Positions 29,291 to 38,532 of a stretch of 64,000 bases of DNA are shown here, in pieces. How positions within the stretch are numbered: position 1 is the first letter of the stretch; each line of letters starts with the position of its first letter. Source of the DNA: an uncultured Microthrixaceae bacterium (GTDB lineage Bacteria; Actinomycetota; Acidimicrobiia; Acidimicrobiales; DATDAH01). The stretch is taken from contig CAWJSC010000002.1 of the NCBI GenBank assembly GCA_963845425.1, forward strand, positions 129,716 to 193,715, read 5' to 3'. A program made the position numbers and the translations under genes. Below the pieces are notes generated by a model. That model made no database searches, was not told the DNA's origin, and worked only from the letters and a program-made list of their open reading frames with translations.

Positions 29291-29328
29291 TTTCCCGGCT
29301 ATAGGGGCGAAACCAAGGGCCAGAACGG
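29275..29328. repeat. palindromic element (PE-b): arms CCGTTCGGGCCCTTG / CCAAGGGCCAGAACGG
   Basis: Lies between the convergent subtilase and L,D-transpeptidase genes. The subtilase stop codon is inside the element. Confidence 0.6.
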
Positions 29329-29336
29329 CAGGAGGC

Positions 29337-30176
29337 TCAGGCCCGGATGGTGACCGGGGTGCCGACCGGGGCCAGAGGGGCGAGGCGCTCGATCACCCCG
29401 TTGGGCATGCGGATGCAGCCGTTGCTGACGGCCTGGCCGATGACCGACTCGTCGGTCCAGCCGTGGATGGCGATCTGACCGATGCCCCCACCGAAGCTGG
29501 TCAAGACGTTGGAGAAGCCGGCGACGCTCAGCATCCAGGCTCCGTAGGAGCCTCCGGGGTCGGCCACGGAGATGTCGACGTAGAACTCTCCGGTGGGTGT
29601 GGGTGTGCTGGGTGAGCCGACGGCGACCGGCGCCGACATGAGCGTCTCGTCGCCGTGGTTGGCCCGCAGCATGCGGTCACTGAGATCGATGACGATGTCG
29701 TTGGGCACGACGTAGGTGACGACCTGGCTGGCGTCGATCCAGGCCGTGCTCCCGTTGGGCCGGATGGGCAGCCGGACCTGCAGGCGGGCCCCGACCCGGT
29801 CGATCACGGTGAACGACAGCGGCATGCCCTCGTGGGTGGGGTTGGGCAGCGACCACATCGGGATGGTGGCCGTGGCCTCGGCAAAGAGGTCGACCTCGCC
29901 GGCCGAGGCCTGCGCGCCCAGGTAGCCGGGCTCGGGAACGCGGATCTGACCGATCGCCTTGGGGGGCAGGTTGGCGGCGCCGACATCGGTGGCCGCGGCC
30001 GCGACCGCCGTGCCGTCGGTCGGCGTGGCCTCGGCGTGGTCCCGACGGTCGACCGCCACGAGCCCGAGGGTCACGCCACCGGCCACGAGGGCGAGGGCAG
30101 CCACCACGGGCACGACAGGGCGCTTCAAGGCCCCAAGCGTACGGAGGTCCGGCCTCCGGGGGAAGGGCGCCACCAC
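29337..30176 (-). CDS. L,D-transpeptidase (YkuD domain)
   Basis: C-terminal IAIHGW...SNGCIRM catalytic His/Cys motif. N-terminal TM anchor. Confidence 0.85.
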   Translation of the reverse strand: MVAPFPRRPDLRTLGALKRPVVPVVAALALVAGGVTLGLVAVDRRDHAEATPTDGTAVAAAATDVGAANLPPKAIGQIRVPEPGYLGAQASAGEVDLFAEATATIPMWSLPNPTHEGMPLSFTVIDRVGARLQVRLPIRPNGSTAWIDASQVVTYVVPNDIVIDLSDRMLRANHGDETLMSAPVAVGSPSTPTPTGEFYVDISVADPGGSYGAWMLSVAGFSNVLTSFGGGIGQIAIHGWTDESVIGQAVSNGCIRMPNGVIERLAPLAPVGTPVTIRA

Positions 30177-30246
30177 CCGACGGCCGGAAACAGGCCGATC
30201 GGCCTACGCCCCGCTGCGGCCGCAGGAGCCGCGCCGGCGACCGGGT

Positions 30247-31431
30247 TCAGAGGCTGAGCATGCGCTGGGCGTTGGTGCGGCAGATCTTGTCGACCACGTC
30301 CTGGGGCAGGTGGCCCATCAGGTCCTGGGCCACCGCGAGGGTGTTGGGCCAGGTCGAGTCCGTGTGGGGGTAATCGGTCTCGAAGGTGATGTTGTCGACG
30401 CCCACCTTGTCGATGGCGTCGAGGCCGTGGCGGTCCCGGAAGAAGCAGCCGTAGACCTGGCGGTAGTAGTAGGTCGAGGGAGGCTCGGGGACCTGGGCGG
30501 CCACCCCACCCCAGGCCCGGTGCTCCCGCCACACGTCGTCCGCCCGCTCCAGCACGTAGGGCAGCCAGCCGATCTGGCCCTCGGAGTAGGCCAGGGTGAG
30601 GGTCGGGTAGCGCACGAGCACCCCCGAGAACAGGAAGTCCGACAGCGATGCCATCGCGTTGTTGAAGCTGAGCGTGGCGGCGACCGCGGGCGGGGCGTCG
30701 GGCGAGGTGGCGGGCATCTGGGAGGACGAACCGATGTGCATGCACACCACGGTGCTCGTGTCGGCGCAGGCGGCGAAGAACGGGTCCCAGTCGCCGGTGT
30801 GGATGCTGGGCAGGCCCAGCTTGGGCGGGATCTCGCTGAAGCAGACGGCGCGCACCCCGCGTGCGGCGTTGCGCGCGATCTCGGCCACGGCGGCGTCGAT
30901 GTCCCACAGTGGGATGATCGTCAGCGGGATGAGGGCGCCGTCGCTGTCGCCACACCACTCCTCGACCATCCAGTCGTTGTAGGCCAGCACACAGGCCATC
31001 GCGAGGTCCTTGTCCTCGGCCTCGGCGAACGTCTGGCCGCAGAACCGGGGGAAGGTCGGGAACGACAGCGAGGCCTCGACGTGGTTCATCAACATGTCGT
31101 CGACCCGGGCCTTGGGCTCGTAGCAGCCAGGACGCATCTCGTCGTAGGTGATGGGCGAGAGCGTCATGTCGTCGCGGTCGAAGCCGACCGAGGCCACGTG
31201 ACGCTTGTGGGGGTACATCTTGCCCTCGTAGAACCAGATGTCACAGGGCGGCCCGTCGTCGGTCAACTCGTACTCGTAGGTGGTGCCCCCGACGTACTTG
31301 AGGCTCCCGAGTCCGTGGCGCTCGACGTGGGGGGCAGACCCCCGGTGCTTCTCGGGCAGCCAGGTCTGCCAGAGATGGGCGGGCTCGACGACGTGGTCGT
31401 CCACGCTGATGATCATCGGGATCTCGGCCAC
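30247..31431 (-). CDS. amidohydrolase-2 family (ACMSD-like) metal-dependent hydrolase
   Basis: 394 aa. N-terminal ISVDDHVVEP and C-terminal FETDYPHTDS metal-ligand motifs. Confidence 0.8.
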   Translation of the reverse strand: MAEIPMIISVDDHVVEPAHLWQTWLPEKHRGSAPHVERHGLGSLKYVGGTTYEYELTDDGPPCDIWFYEGKMYPHKRHVASVGFDRDDMTLSPITYDEMRPGCYEPKARVDDMLMNHVEASLSFPTFPRFCGQTFAEAEDKDLAMACVLAYNDWMVEEWCGDSDGALIPLTIIPLWDIDAAVAEIARNAARGVRAVCFSEIPPKLGLPSIHTGDWDPFFAACADTSTVVCMHIGSSSQMPATSPDAPPAVAATLSFNNAMASLSDFLFSGVLVRYPTLTLAYSEGQIGWLPYVLERADDVWREHRAWGGVAAQVPEPPSTYYYRQVYGCFFRDRHGLDAIDKVGVDNITFETDYPHTDSTWPNTLAVAQDLMGHLPQDVVDKICRTNAQRMLSL

Positions 31432-31531
31432 GGCTGTCTCCTGCTCGGACCCGTTTCTGACGGGTCGTCAGAAACGAACGATACCCGCGCCGGGCGGCGG
31501 CGGGGACCGACGGGGTTTAGCGTTGTCCCCC

Positions 31532-32821
31532 ATGTCACACGCCGAGCTCCTCGCCCGCCACCGGGCCGTCCTGCCCTCGTGGCTCGCCCTCTTCTACGAC
31601 GAGCCCATCGAGCTGGTCGAGGGCCAGGGTCGCCACGTGGTCGACGGTGAGGGCAACCGCTACCTCGACTTCTTCGGCGGGATCCTGACCACGATGACGG
31701 GCTACGACGTGCCTGAGGTGACCGCCGCCATCCGGGAGCAGGCGGGCCGGATGCTGCACACCTCGACGCTCTACCTGATCCGTCAGCAGGTGGAGCTGGC
31801 CGAGATGATCGCCGGGCTGTCCGGCATCCCCGACGCCCGGGTCTTCTTCACCACGTCCGGGACCGAAGCCAACGAGGCCGCCCTGCTGGTGGCCTCGTCG
31901 TACCGGCGGTCCAGCCAGATCGTGGCCGTGCGCAACAGCTACCACGGGCGCTCGTTCGCCACCATCGGCATCACGGGCAACCGGGGCTGGTCACCGTCGT
32001 CGCTGACCCCGTTCCAGGTCAGCTACATGCAGTCCGGCTACCGCTTCCGCAGCCCCTTCCGCGATCTGGACGACGGCGCCTTCATCGATGCCTGCGCCGA
32101 GGACCTGCGGGACGTGATCGCCACCCAGACCGCCGGGGACATCGCCGCCCTGATCGCGGAGCCGGTGCAGGGCGTCGGCGGCTTCGCCATCCCCCCCGAC
32201 GGCTTCTTCGGGCCGATCGAAAAGGTATGCCGCGAGTACGACATGCTCTTCATCGCCGATGAGGTCCAGACCGGCTGGGGTCGGACCGGTGACCACTTCT
32301 GGGGCCATCAGGCCCACGGCATCACCCCCGACCTCCTGACCTTCGCCAAGGGGCTGGGCAACGGCCTGACCATCGCCGGGGTGGTCGGGCGGTCCGAGGT
32401 CATGAACTCGGTCTCCGCCAACTCCATCTCCACCTTCGGTGGCAATCCCCTGTCCTGCGCGGGGGCCCTGGCCAACCTGCGCTACCTGCTGGACCACGAC
32501 CTCCAGGCCAACACCAAGGCCCGCGGCCGCGAGCTCATGGACGCCCTGGCCCCGCTGGCCGACCGCCATGCCGTCATCGGCGAGATCCGCGGTAAGGGCC
32601 TGATGATCGGCCTCGAGTTCGTGGGGGCCGACGGCTACCTGCCCGACCCCCAGGTGGCCGGCGCCGTGCTGGAGGGCTGCAAGGAGCGGGGTCTGTTGGT
32701 CGGCAAGGGGGGCCTGCACGGCAACTGCCTCCGCATCGCCCCACCCCTCTCGCTGACCACCGAGGAGGCCCAGGAAGGCGCCGCCATCCTCACCGCCACC
32801 TTGGACGCCATCCTCGGCTGA
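31532..32821 (+). CDS. class III (omega) PLP-dependent aminotransferase
   Basis: Start trimmed to ATG 31532. TSGTEANEAAL. DEVQTGWGRTG. FAKGLGNG contains the PLP lysine. Confidence 0.85.
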   Translation: MSHAELLARHRAVLPSWLALFYDEPIELVEGQGRHVVDGEGNRYLDFFGGILTTMTGYDVPEVTAAIREQAGRMLHTSTLYLIRQQVELAEMIAGLSGIPDARVFFTTSGTEANEAALLVASSYRRSSQIVAVRNSYHGRSFATIGITGNRGWSPSSLTPFQVSYMQSGYRFRSPFRDLDDGAFIDACAEDLRDVIATQTAGDIAALIAEPVQGVGGFAIPPDGFFGPIEKVCREYDMLFIADEVQTGWGRTGDHFWGHQAHGITPDLLTFAKGLGNGLTIAGVVGRSEVMNSVSANSISTFGGNPLSCAGALANLRYLLDHDLQANTKARGRELMDALAPLADRHAVIGEIRGKGLMIGLEFVGADGYLPDPQVAGAVLEGCKERGLLVGKGGLHGNCLRIAPPLSLTTEEAQEGAAILTATLDAILG

Positions 32822-32826
32822 CCCGA

Positions 32827-32866
32827 CCGTTCTGGCGCCGATTTGTCACGCCTGGCGTGACAAATC
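32827..32866. repeat. palindromic element (PE-c): left arm CCGTTCTGGCGCC plus a perfect 13-bp inverted repeat GATTTGTCACGCC-t-GGCGTGACAAATC
   Basis: Seen directly. The expected right arm is degenerate (GACACCGACGG, 32867-32877) and coincides with the duplication junction. Confidence 0.6.
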
Positions 32867-32870
32867 GACA

Positions 32871-33496
32871 CCGACGGCTTCTTCGGGCCGATCGAAAAGG
32901 TGTGCCGCGAGTACGACATGCTCTTCATCGCCGATGAGGTCCAGACCGGCTGGGGTCGGACCGGTGACCACTTCTGGGGCCACCAGGCCCACGGCATCAC
33001 CCCCGACCTCCTGACCTTCGCCAAGGGGCTGGGCAACGGCCTGACCATCGCCGGGGTGGTCGGGCGGTCCGAGGTCATGAACTCGGTCTCGGCCAACTCC
33101 ATCTCCACCTTCGGTGGCAATCCCCTGTCCTGCGCGGGGGCCATGGCCAACCTGCGCTACCTGCTGGACCACGACCTCCAGGCCAACACCAAGGCCCGCG
33201 GCGGCGAGCTCATGGCCGCCCTGGCCCCGCTGGCCGACCGCCACGCCGCCATCGGCGAGATCCGCGGCAAGGGCCTGATGATCGGCCTCGAGTTCGTGGG
33301 GGCCGACGGCTACCTCCCCGACCCCCAGGTGGCCGGCGCCGTGCTGGAGGGCTGCAAGGAGCGGGGTCTGTTGGTCGGCAAGGGGGGCCTGCACGGCAAC
33401 TGCCTCCGCATCGCCCCGCCCCTCTCGCTGACCGCCGAGGAGGCCCAGGAAGGCGCCGAGCATCCTCACCGCCACCTTGGACGCCGTCCTGCCTGA
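32871..33496 (+). pseudogene. truncated tandem duplicate of the 3' half of the aminotransferase gene
   Basis: About 97% identical to 32196-32821. Lacks the N-terminal 220 codons or so. A 1-nt insertion near 33455 changes the C-terminus (GAEHPHRHLGRRPA versus GAAILTATLDAILG). Confidence 0.75.
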
Positions 33497-33561
33497 CCTG
33501 ACCGTTCGGCGCGATCGCCGCGCACGCGCAATTTCGGATCACCGACCCGAGCACACAGGCC

Positions 33562-34950
33562 TCAGTGCGACATCAGCCGCTCCGCGATCGACCGGCCGCT
33601 GGGGGGCTTGCCGGTGCGGACGGCCTTCTCCTCCATGCGGGCGGCGGCCTTCTGGATGTAGCGGACACCCAGGTAGCGGAAGGGCTCGGGCTCCCAGGGC
33701 TTGGGCTCGTGCTGGACCATCGGCAGCTCGCACAGTGGCGTGCCGCCGCCCGCGATGAGGTCGGCCAGGGTGCGGCCCGCCAGGTTGGTCGCCGCGACGC
33801 CCTCGCCGGCGTAGCCCCCGGCCTTGGCCAGACCGGTGGTCCTGTCGAAGCTGAACGAGGGCATCCAGTCCCGGTGGATGCCGACGACGCCTCCCCAGCA
33901 GCGCTCGAAGGGCAGGTCCTTCAGCGTGGGGAAGAACTCCTCGAACTGCTGGCGGAGGCCCTGGGCCGTCTCCTCCACGCAGTCCCACTCGGGCTCTATG
34001 GCCGAGCCCCAGTGGTAGAGCGAGCCCCGACCGCCGAAGGCGATGCGACCGTCCCGGGTGATCTGCAGGTAGTCGATGGTGAGGCGCTTGGACTGCATGA
34101 CGAAGCGTCGGTGCCAGCCGATCTCCGCCCGCTGGGCCTCGCTCAGGGGGGCCGTCAGCATGATCTGGGAGTAGACGGGCAGGATCTCCCGTCGGTGCTG
34201 GGGCAGGGCCGACAGGTAGGCCTCGCCCGCCAGCACCACCACGTCCGCGGCGACGTCGCCGCCGGTCGTGTGCAGCACCGGCTTGGGTGACAGGTCGTAG
34301 CCGGTGACGGCCGTCTGCTCGTAGATGGTGGCGCCGAGGGCCTCGACGGCCCGGGCCAGGCCCCGGACGAGGCGGCCGGGGTGGACAGCCGCGAACGGCT
34401 CGGCGGAGAGGGCGGCCCACGTGTTGTCGACCTTGACCAGTTCGGCGGCCTCCCCCGGCTCCAGCCACCGGTAGAAGTCCGGGTACCCGAGATCGGCCAT
34501 CTCGTCGTAGATGTGGCGGACGGTCTTCACCTGGTGTCCACCCCGAGCCAGCATGAGCATCCCGTGGCGGTCGAGGTGGGCGTCGACGCCGTGGCGCTCG
34601 AGGGCCGACTCGACGTGACCGATCGTGTCGACGAGGGCGTCGTGGGTGGCCCGGGTCGCGTCCTTGCCGTGGCGGGCGATCATCTCGGTGTGGCTCACCG
34701 AGATCTCCGGTGACAGCCAGCCGCCGTTGCGCCCCGAGGCCCCCCAGCCCGCGATCTCCTTCTCCACGAGCACGACCTTCAGGCCCGGGTCCCGCTCCAG
34801 CAGGTAGAGGGCGGTCCACAGCGCCGTGTAGCCGGCGCCGAGGATGGCCACGTCGGCGGTGGTCGAGCCGTCGAGGGGCGGCCGAGGGGTCAGGTCGTCC
34901 CCGCAGGTCTCCATCCACCAGCTGACCGAGTGATCCTCCGACGCCGTCAT
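33562..34950 (-). CDS. FAD-dependent oxidoreductase (DAO family, gamma-glutamylputrescine-oxidase-like)
   Basis: Start trimmed to ATG 34950 (MTASEDH). Dinucleotide motif DVAILGAGYTALWTA. The upstream part of ORF 33562..35334 is a shadow. Confidence 0.8.
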   Translation of the reverse strand: MTASEDHSVSWWMETCGDDLTPRPPLDGSTTADVAILGAGYTALWTALYLLERDPGLKVVLVEKEIAGWGASGRNGGWLSPEISVSHTEMIARHGKDATRATHDALVDTIGHVESALERHGVDAHLDRHGMLMLARGGHQVKTVRHIYDEMADLGYPDFYRWLEPGEAAELVKVDNTWAALSAEPFAAVHPGRLVRGLARAVEALGATIYEQTAVTGYDLSPKPVLHTTGGDVAADVVVLAGEAYLSALPQHRREILPVYSQIMLTAPLSEAQRAEIGWHRRFVMQSKRLTIDYLQITRDGRIAFGGRGSLYHWGSAIEPEWDCVEETAQGLRQQFEEFFPTLKDLPFERCWGGVVGIHRDWMPSFSFDRTTGLAKAGGYAGEGVAATNLAGRTLADLIAGGGTPLCELPMVQHEPKPWEPEPFRYLGVRYIQKAAARMEEKAVRTGKPPSGRSIAERLMSH

Positions 34951-34984
34951 GGGGTCGATCATGGCACCACTACCGTCGTGGTCC

Positions 34985-36364
34985 ATGTCCCCACTCGCCG
35001 ACGACGAACCCGTCCTGGTCGGCGTGGGCCAGGCTGTCCACCGCCCCCAGGACGGCCCGTTGCCCTCCCTCGTGGAGATCATGACCACGGCGACGAGGCG
35101 GGCCGGCGGCGAGATCGGGCCGAGCTTCCTCGAACAGGTCCGCTGGGTCGGGGTCCCCAAGGGGGCCTGGACCCATCCCGACCCGGGCCGCGAGGTGGCC
35201 GCCGCGGTCGGCGCGCCGGGTGCGCACACGGTGCTGGCCGAGGTCGGGATCACCCAACAGGAGGTGATCGACGCCGCGCTGGCCGCGGTGCGAGACGGTC
35301 GCGGCCCGGCGCTGGTCGTCGGCGGTGAGGTCAACCACTCGTCGTCAACCCCTGCCGCCGCGGCGGTGGGCGAGGCCCGTCAGGCCGCAGTCGAGCCCGA
35401 CGAGCACCTCGTGGCCCACGACCTGGGCATCAGCGCGTTGGAGTTCAACCAGCGGTTCGTGGATCCCCCGACGGTCTACGCGGTGCTGGAGAACGCGTTC
35501 GCGGCGTCGCAGGGATGGACCGAGGAGGAGCACCGCCGGCGGTTGGGACGCCTGACCGAGGCCTTCGCCGCCCAAGCCGCGTGGAACGCCTACGCCTGGA
35601 ACCGCGAGGCCCTGTCGGCCGACGCCATCGTCACGCCGTCCGCCGACAACCGCATGGTCGCCGAGCCCTACACCAAGCTCTGCTGCGCCAACCTGCGGGT
35701 CAACCAGTCCGCCGCGCTCCTCTTCACCACCGTCGCCGGGGCCCGGGCGGCCCAGGTCCCCGAGAACCAGTGGCTGTACCCCCGGGGCACGGCCTTCTGC
35801 AACCACGCCGTGCCCGTCGTTCAGCGAGCCGACCTGAGCCGCTCGGTCGTGGCCCGACTGGCCGGACGGCGGGCCATGGACCTGGCCGGGGTCACCAGCG
35901 AGGGGCTGCAGCACGTGGACCTCTACTCCTGCTTCCCCGCCGCCGTGCAGATCACCGCCCGGGAGCTGGGCATCCCCCTCGAACGGCAGCTGACCGTGAC
36001 CGGCGGGATGACCTTCGCCGGTGGACCGCTGAACAGCTACGTCCTGCACTCGACGGCGCGGATGGCCGAGGTCCTGCGGGCCGACCCCCTCTCGGTGGGC
36101 CTGCTGACCTCGGTGTCGGGCTTCCTGACCAAGTTCGGCGCGGCCCTCTGGTCGACCGAGCCCGGTGTCCACGGTTGGCGGGGCGAGGACGTGACCACCC
36201 AGGCCGCAGCCGAGGACCGGCCGCTCACGGAGGTCGAGGACCCCGGCGCCGACGTCACCGTCGTGGCCGGCACCGTGACCCACGACCGGGACGGCATCCG
36301 CACCCGGATCGAGGTCGTCCAGACCCCCGCCGGCGAGCGCTCCCTGCGCTCCACCCCCCTCTGA
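34985..36364 (+). CDS. thiolase-like (acetyl-CoA acetyltransferase superfamily) protein
   Basis: MSPLADDEPVLVGVGQAV... is a typical thiolase-like N-terminus. C-terminal DLYSCFPAAV...TVTGGMTFAGGP. Start ATG 34985 (alternative 34961). Confidence 0.6.
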   Translation: MSPLADDEPVLVGVGQAVHRPQDGPLPSLVEIMTTATRRAGGEIGPSFLEQVRWVGVPKGAWTHPDPGREVAAAVGAPGAHTVLAEVGITQQEVIDAALAAVRDGRGPALVVGGEVNHSSSTPAAAAVGEARQAAVEPDEHLVAHDLGISALEFNQRFVDPPTVYAVLENAFAASQGWTEEEHRRRLGRLTEAFAAQAAWNAYAWNREALSADAIVTPSADNRMVAEPYTKLCCANLRVNQSAALLFTTVAGARAAQVPENQWLYPRGTAFCNHAVPVVQRADLSRSVVARLAGRRAMDLAGVTSEGLQHVDLYSCFPAAVQITARELGIPLERQLTVTGGMTFAGGPLNSYVLHSTARMAEVLRADPLSVGLLTSVSGFLTKFGAALWSTEPGVHGWRGEDVTTQAAAEDRPLTEVEDPGADVTVVAGTVTHDRDGIRTRIEVVQTPAGERSLRSTPL

Positions 36365-36367
36365 CCA

Positions 36368-36423
36368 CCGGTTCTGGCGGCTCAGATGCGCGGTCGAGCG
36401 CGCACTACAGCCGCCAGAACGGG
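36368..36423. repeat. palindromic element (PE-d): arms CCGGTTCTGGCGGC / GCCGCCAGAACGGG
   Basis: Perfect 11-bp outer stem and an inner TGCGCG/CGCGCA stem. Lies between convergent genes, 4 nt after one stop and 5 nt before the other. Confidence 0.65.
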
Positions 36424-36427
36424 AGGG

Positions 36428-37525
36428 TCAGGTGCCGAGGAGGGGGATCAGGAGGTCCCGGACGATGCTACGGCCGTAGTCGAGGTCGGGGGCCCAGTGG
36501 CCGCCGAGGCGCTCGACGGTGGGCGCGGTGGCGTAGATCGACTCGAAGTGGCGGGGGTCGGGGGTGACGGCCCGGGGGTAGCCGGGCGCTCCGGCGTAGA
36601 GGGCCAGGTGGTCGATGCACGCGGTGACACCCTGGCGCCAGGTGGCAAAGCGCTGGTGGGCGTCGGGGTCGCCGTTGCCGCCGCCGGCGGTGATCTTCAG
36701 GCCGCAGGGGTTGTGCCACGAGGCGTCGATGACCCCCCCGAAGTTGCCGTAGCCCGTCTCCTTGGCCGACTGCGCGTAGGCGATCTCCGGCCGGATGCCG
36801 CGGGGCGGGGCCAGCTCGAAGTAGAGCCGGGCGTTGCTCACGAAGCGGGGGCTGGCGTCCTGGCTGTCAGCCCAGCGCTCGGCCGTCGCCACGTCGGTGA
36901 AGGTCCGACCCTCGATGCGGGTCTCGATGCCCCGGCTGCGGTAGGTGATGGCCTTCACCCGGTCGAGCAGGCCCGTCTCGAGGGCGGACCGCACGCCGAT
37001 GCGGGTGATCGCCTTCGAGCCCACCGGTGCGGTGTTGCGGGCCTTGACCTCGACGGTCATGGTGCGAAACCCACCCGGGGGGACGTCCGCGAAGCGGTAG
37101 CTGCCGTTGCGCACGTGGGACGAGACCGGCGCGCCGTTCACGAAGTAGCTGATCAGGAAGTGCCGTGGGTTGCGGGACCCCTGGATCACGAACGTGTCGG
37201 TGCCGGTGCCGTCGTTGTCGAAGCGGACGACGTAGCGAGCCGTGGCGCCGGCGGGGATCACCGCGGCCCGGGCCTGGCCGACACTGTCGATGTTGTGGAT
37301 GCCGTCACCCACCCAGTCCGCCGAGTTGATCCGGCGGATGCGCCCGTCGGGGCAGTGCTGGCCGCCCTCGCAGGTCGGCGTCCCCTCCGTCGGGGTCACC
37401 TCCTGCGCGGTGGCGATGACGGGCAGGACCAGCAGCACGCCGAGGACCGCGAGCGCGACCCGTGCCTTCTGTCCGCCGTGGGTCACCTGTCCGTCTCCTG
37501 CTCGTCGACTCGGCCCGCCCGGCAC
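36428..37525 (-). CDS. secreted peptidoglycan hydrolase candidate (C-terminal glucosaminidase-like domain)
   Basis: Signal ARVALAVLGVLLVLPVIATAQE. C-terminal AYAQSAKETGYGNFGGVI...HNPCGLK resembles the mannosyl-glycoprotein endo-beta-N-acetylglucosaminidase domain. Confidence 0.65.
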   Translation of the reverse strand: MPGGPSRRAGDGQVTHGGQKARVALAVLGVLLVLPVIATAQEVTPTEGTPTCEGGQHCPDGRIRRINSADWVGDGIHNIDSVGQARAAVIPAGATARYVVRFDNDGTGTDTFVIQGSRNPRHFLISYFVNGAPVSSHVRNGSYRFADVPPGGFRTMTVEVKARNTAPVGSKAITRIGVRSALETGLLDRVKAITYRSRGIETRIEGRTFTDVATAERWADSQDASPRFVSNARLYFELAPPRGIRPEIAYAQSAKETGYGNFGGVIDASWHNPCGLKITAGGGNGDPDAHQRFATWRQGVTACIDHLALYAGAPGYPRAVTPDPRHFESIYATAPTVERLGGHWAPDLDYGRSIVRDLLIPLLGT

Positions 37526-37584
37526 GAACGGTAGCGGCCCGCCTACGCTCCGACCCGTTGCCCAGGCCGACGGGGGGAGACCCG

Positions 37585-38439
37585 GTGCACCGACGATGGA
37601 CCGCGCTGCCGGCGCTGGCCCTGCTGCTCACGCTGGCCGCCTGCGGGGACGACGCCGACATGGCCACCCCGGCCGCGACGACCGCCGCGCCGACGACGAC
37701 CGCCGCGCCCCCGGTCGCCCCACCCGCGCTCGGCGAGGACCCCGAGACCGTGGTCATCGGCCACCGGGGGGCAGCGGGCCACCATCCGGACAACTCCCTG
37801 GAGGGCTTCGCCGCCGCCCGCGACCTCGGGGCGACCTGGGTCGAGCTGGACACCCGGATCTCCGCCGACGGCGACGTCTTCCTCAGTCACGACCCCGAGA
37901 CTGAGGCGGGCACCGTCGTGGCCACCGCCTCGTCGGCCGAGCTGGAGGCCGAAGGCCTGCCCACCCTGCTGGAGGCCCTGGAGGTCATCGACGAGCACGC
38001 CCTCGGTGTCGACGTGGAGATCAAGGCGCTGCCCTGGGAGGGGGACTTCGACCCGCAGCTGGGCATGGTCGATGCCACGATGGCCGTACTGGCCGGCCGA
38101 CCCATCGCTGGCCCGGTCGTGGTCTCGTCCTTCAACCGGGACGCCCTCGACCGCGTGCGGTCACTGACCGGCGACGACTACGACACGGTGCTGATCCTGC
38201 CGGCCGGCGCGGGCGGGCCCGAGGCGGTCGACGGCCTCGTCGACCGGGGCCACGACGGCCTGGCCCTCGAGGGCCCGGGCATCACCGCATCGGTTGTCAC
38301 CCCCTTCACCGACGCCGGGCTCCCCGTCTGGTCCTGGACCATCGACGACCCCGAGGACGCCGAGGCCCTCGTGGCCGCGGGCGTCAGCGGAATCATCACC
38401 GACGTCCCCGACGTCATCAGCGAAGCCCTCGCGAGCTGA
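37585..38439 (+). CDS. glycerophosphodiester phosphodiesterase (GDPD) lipoprotein
   Basis: GTG 37585 is preceded by GGGGGGAGA. Lipobox LTLAAC. IGHRGAAGHHPDNS and WVELD motifs. Confidence 0.8.
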   Translation: MHRRWTALPALALLLTLAACGDDADMATPAATTAAPTTTAAPPVAPPALGEDPETVVIGHRGAAGHHPDNSLEGFAAARDLGATWVELDTRISADGDVFLSHDPETEAGTVVATASSAELEAEGLPTLLEALEVIDEHALGVDVEIKALPWEGDFDPQLGMVDATMAVLAGRPIAGPVVVSSFNRDALDRVRSLTGDDYDTVLILPAGAGGPEAVDGLVDRGHDGLALEGPGITASVVTPFTDAGLPVWSWTIDDPEDAEALVAAGVSGIITDVPDVISEALAS

Positions 38440-38532
38440 CCATCTTCCGAAATCGCGTGACTTTCGGTCGCTGGACGACCACAACCAACGCACTGTCGTC
38501 GAGACCCGGTCCGTCCGAACGATCTGGCGTGA

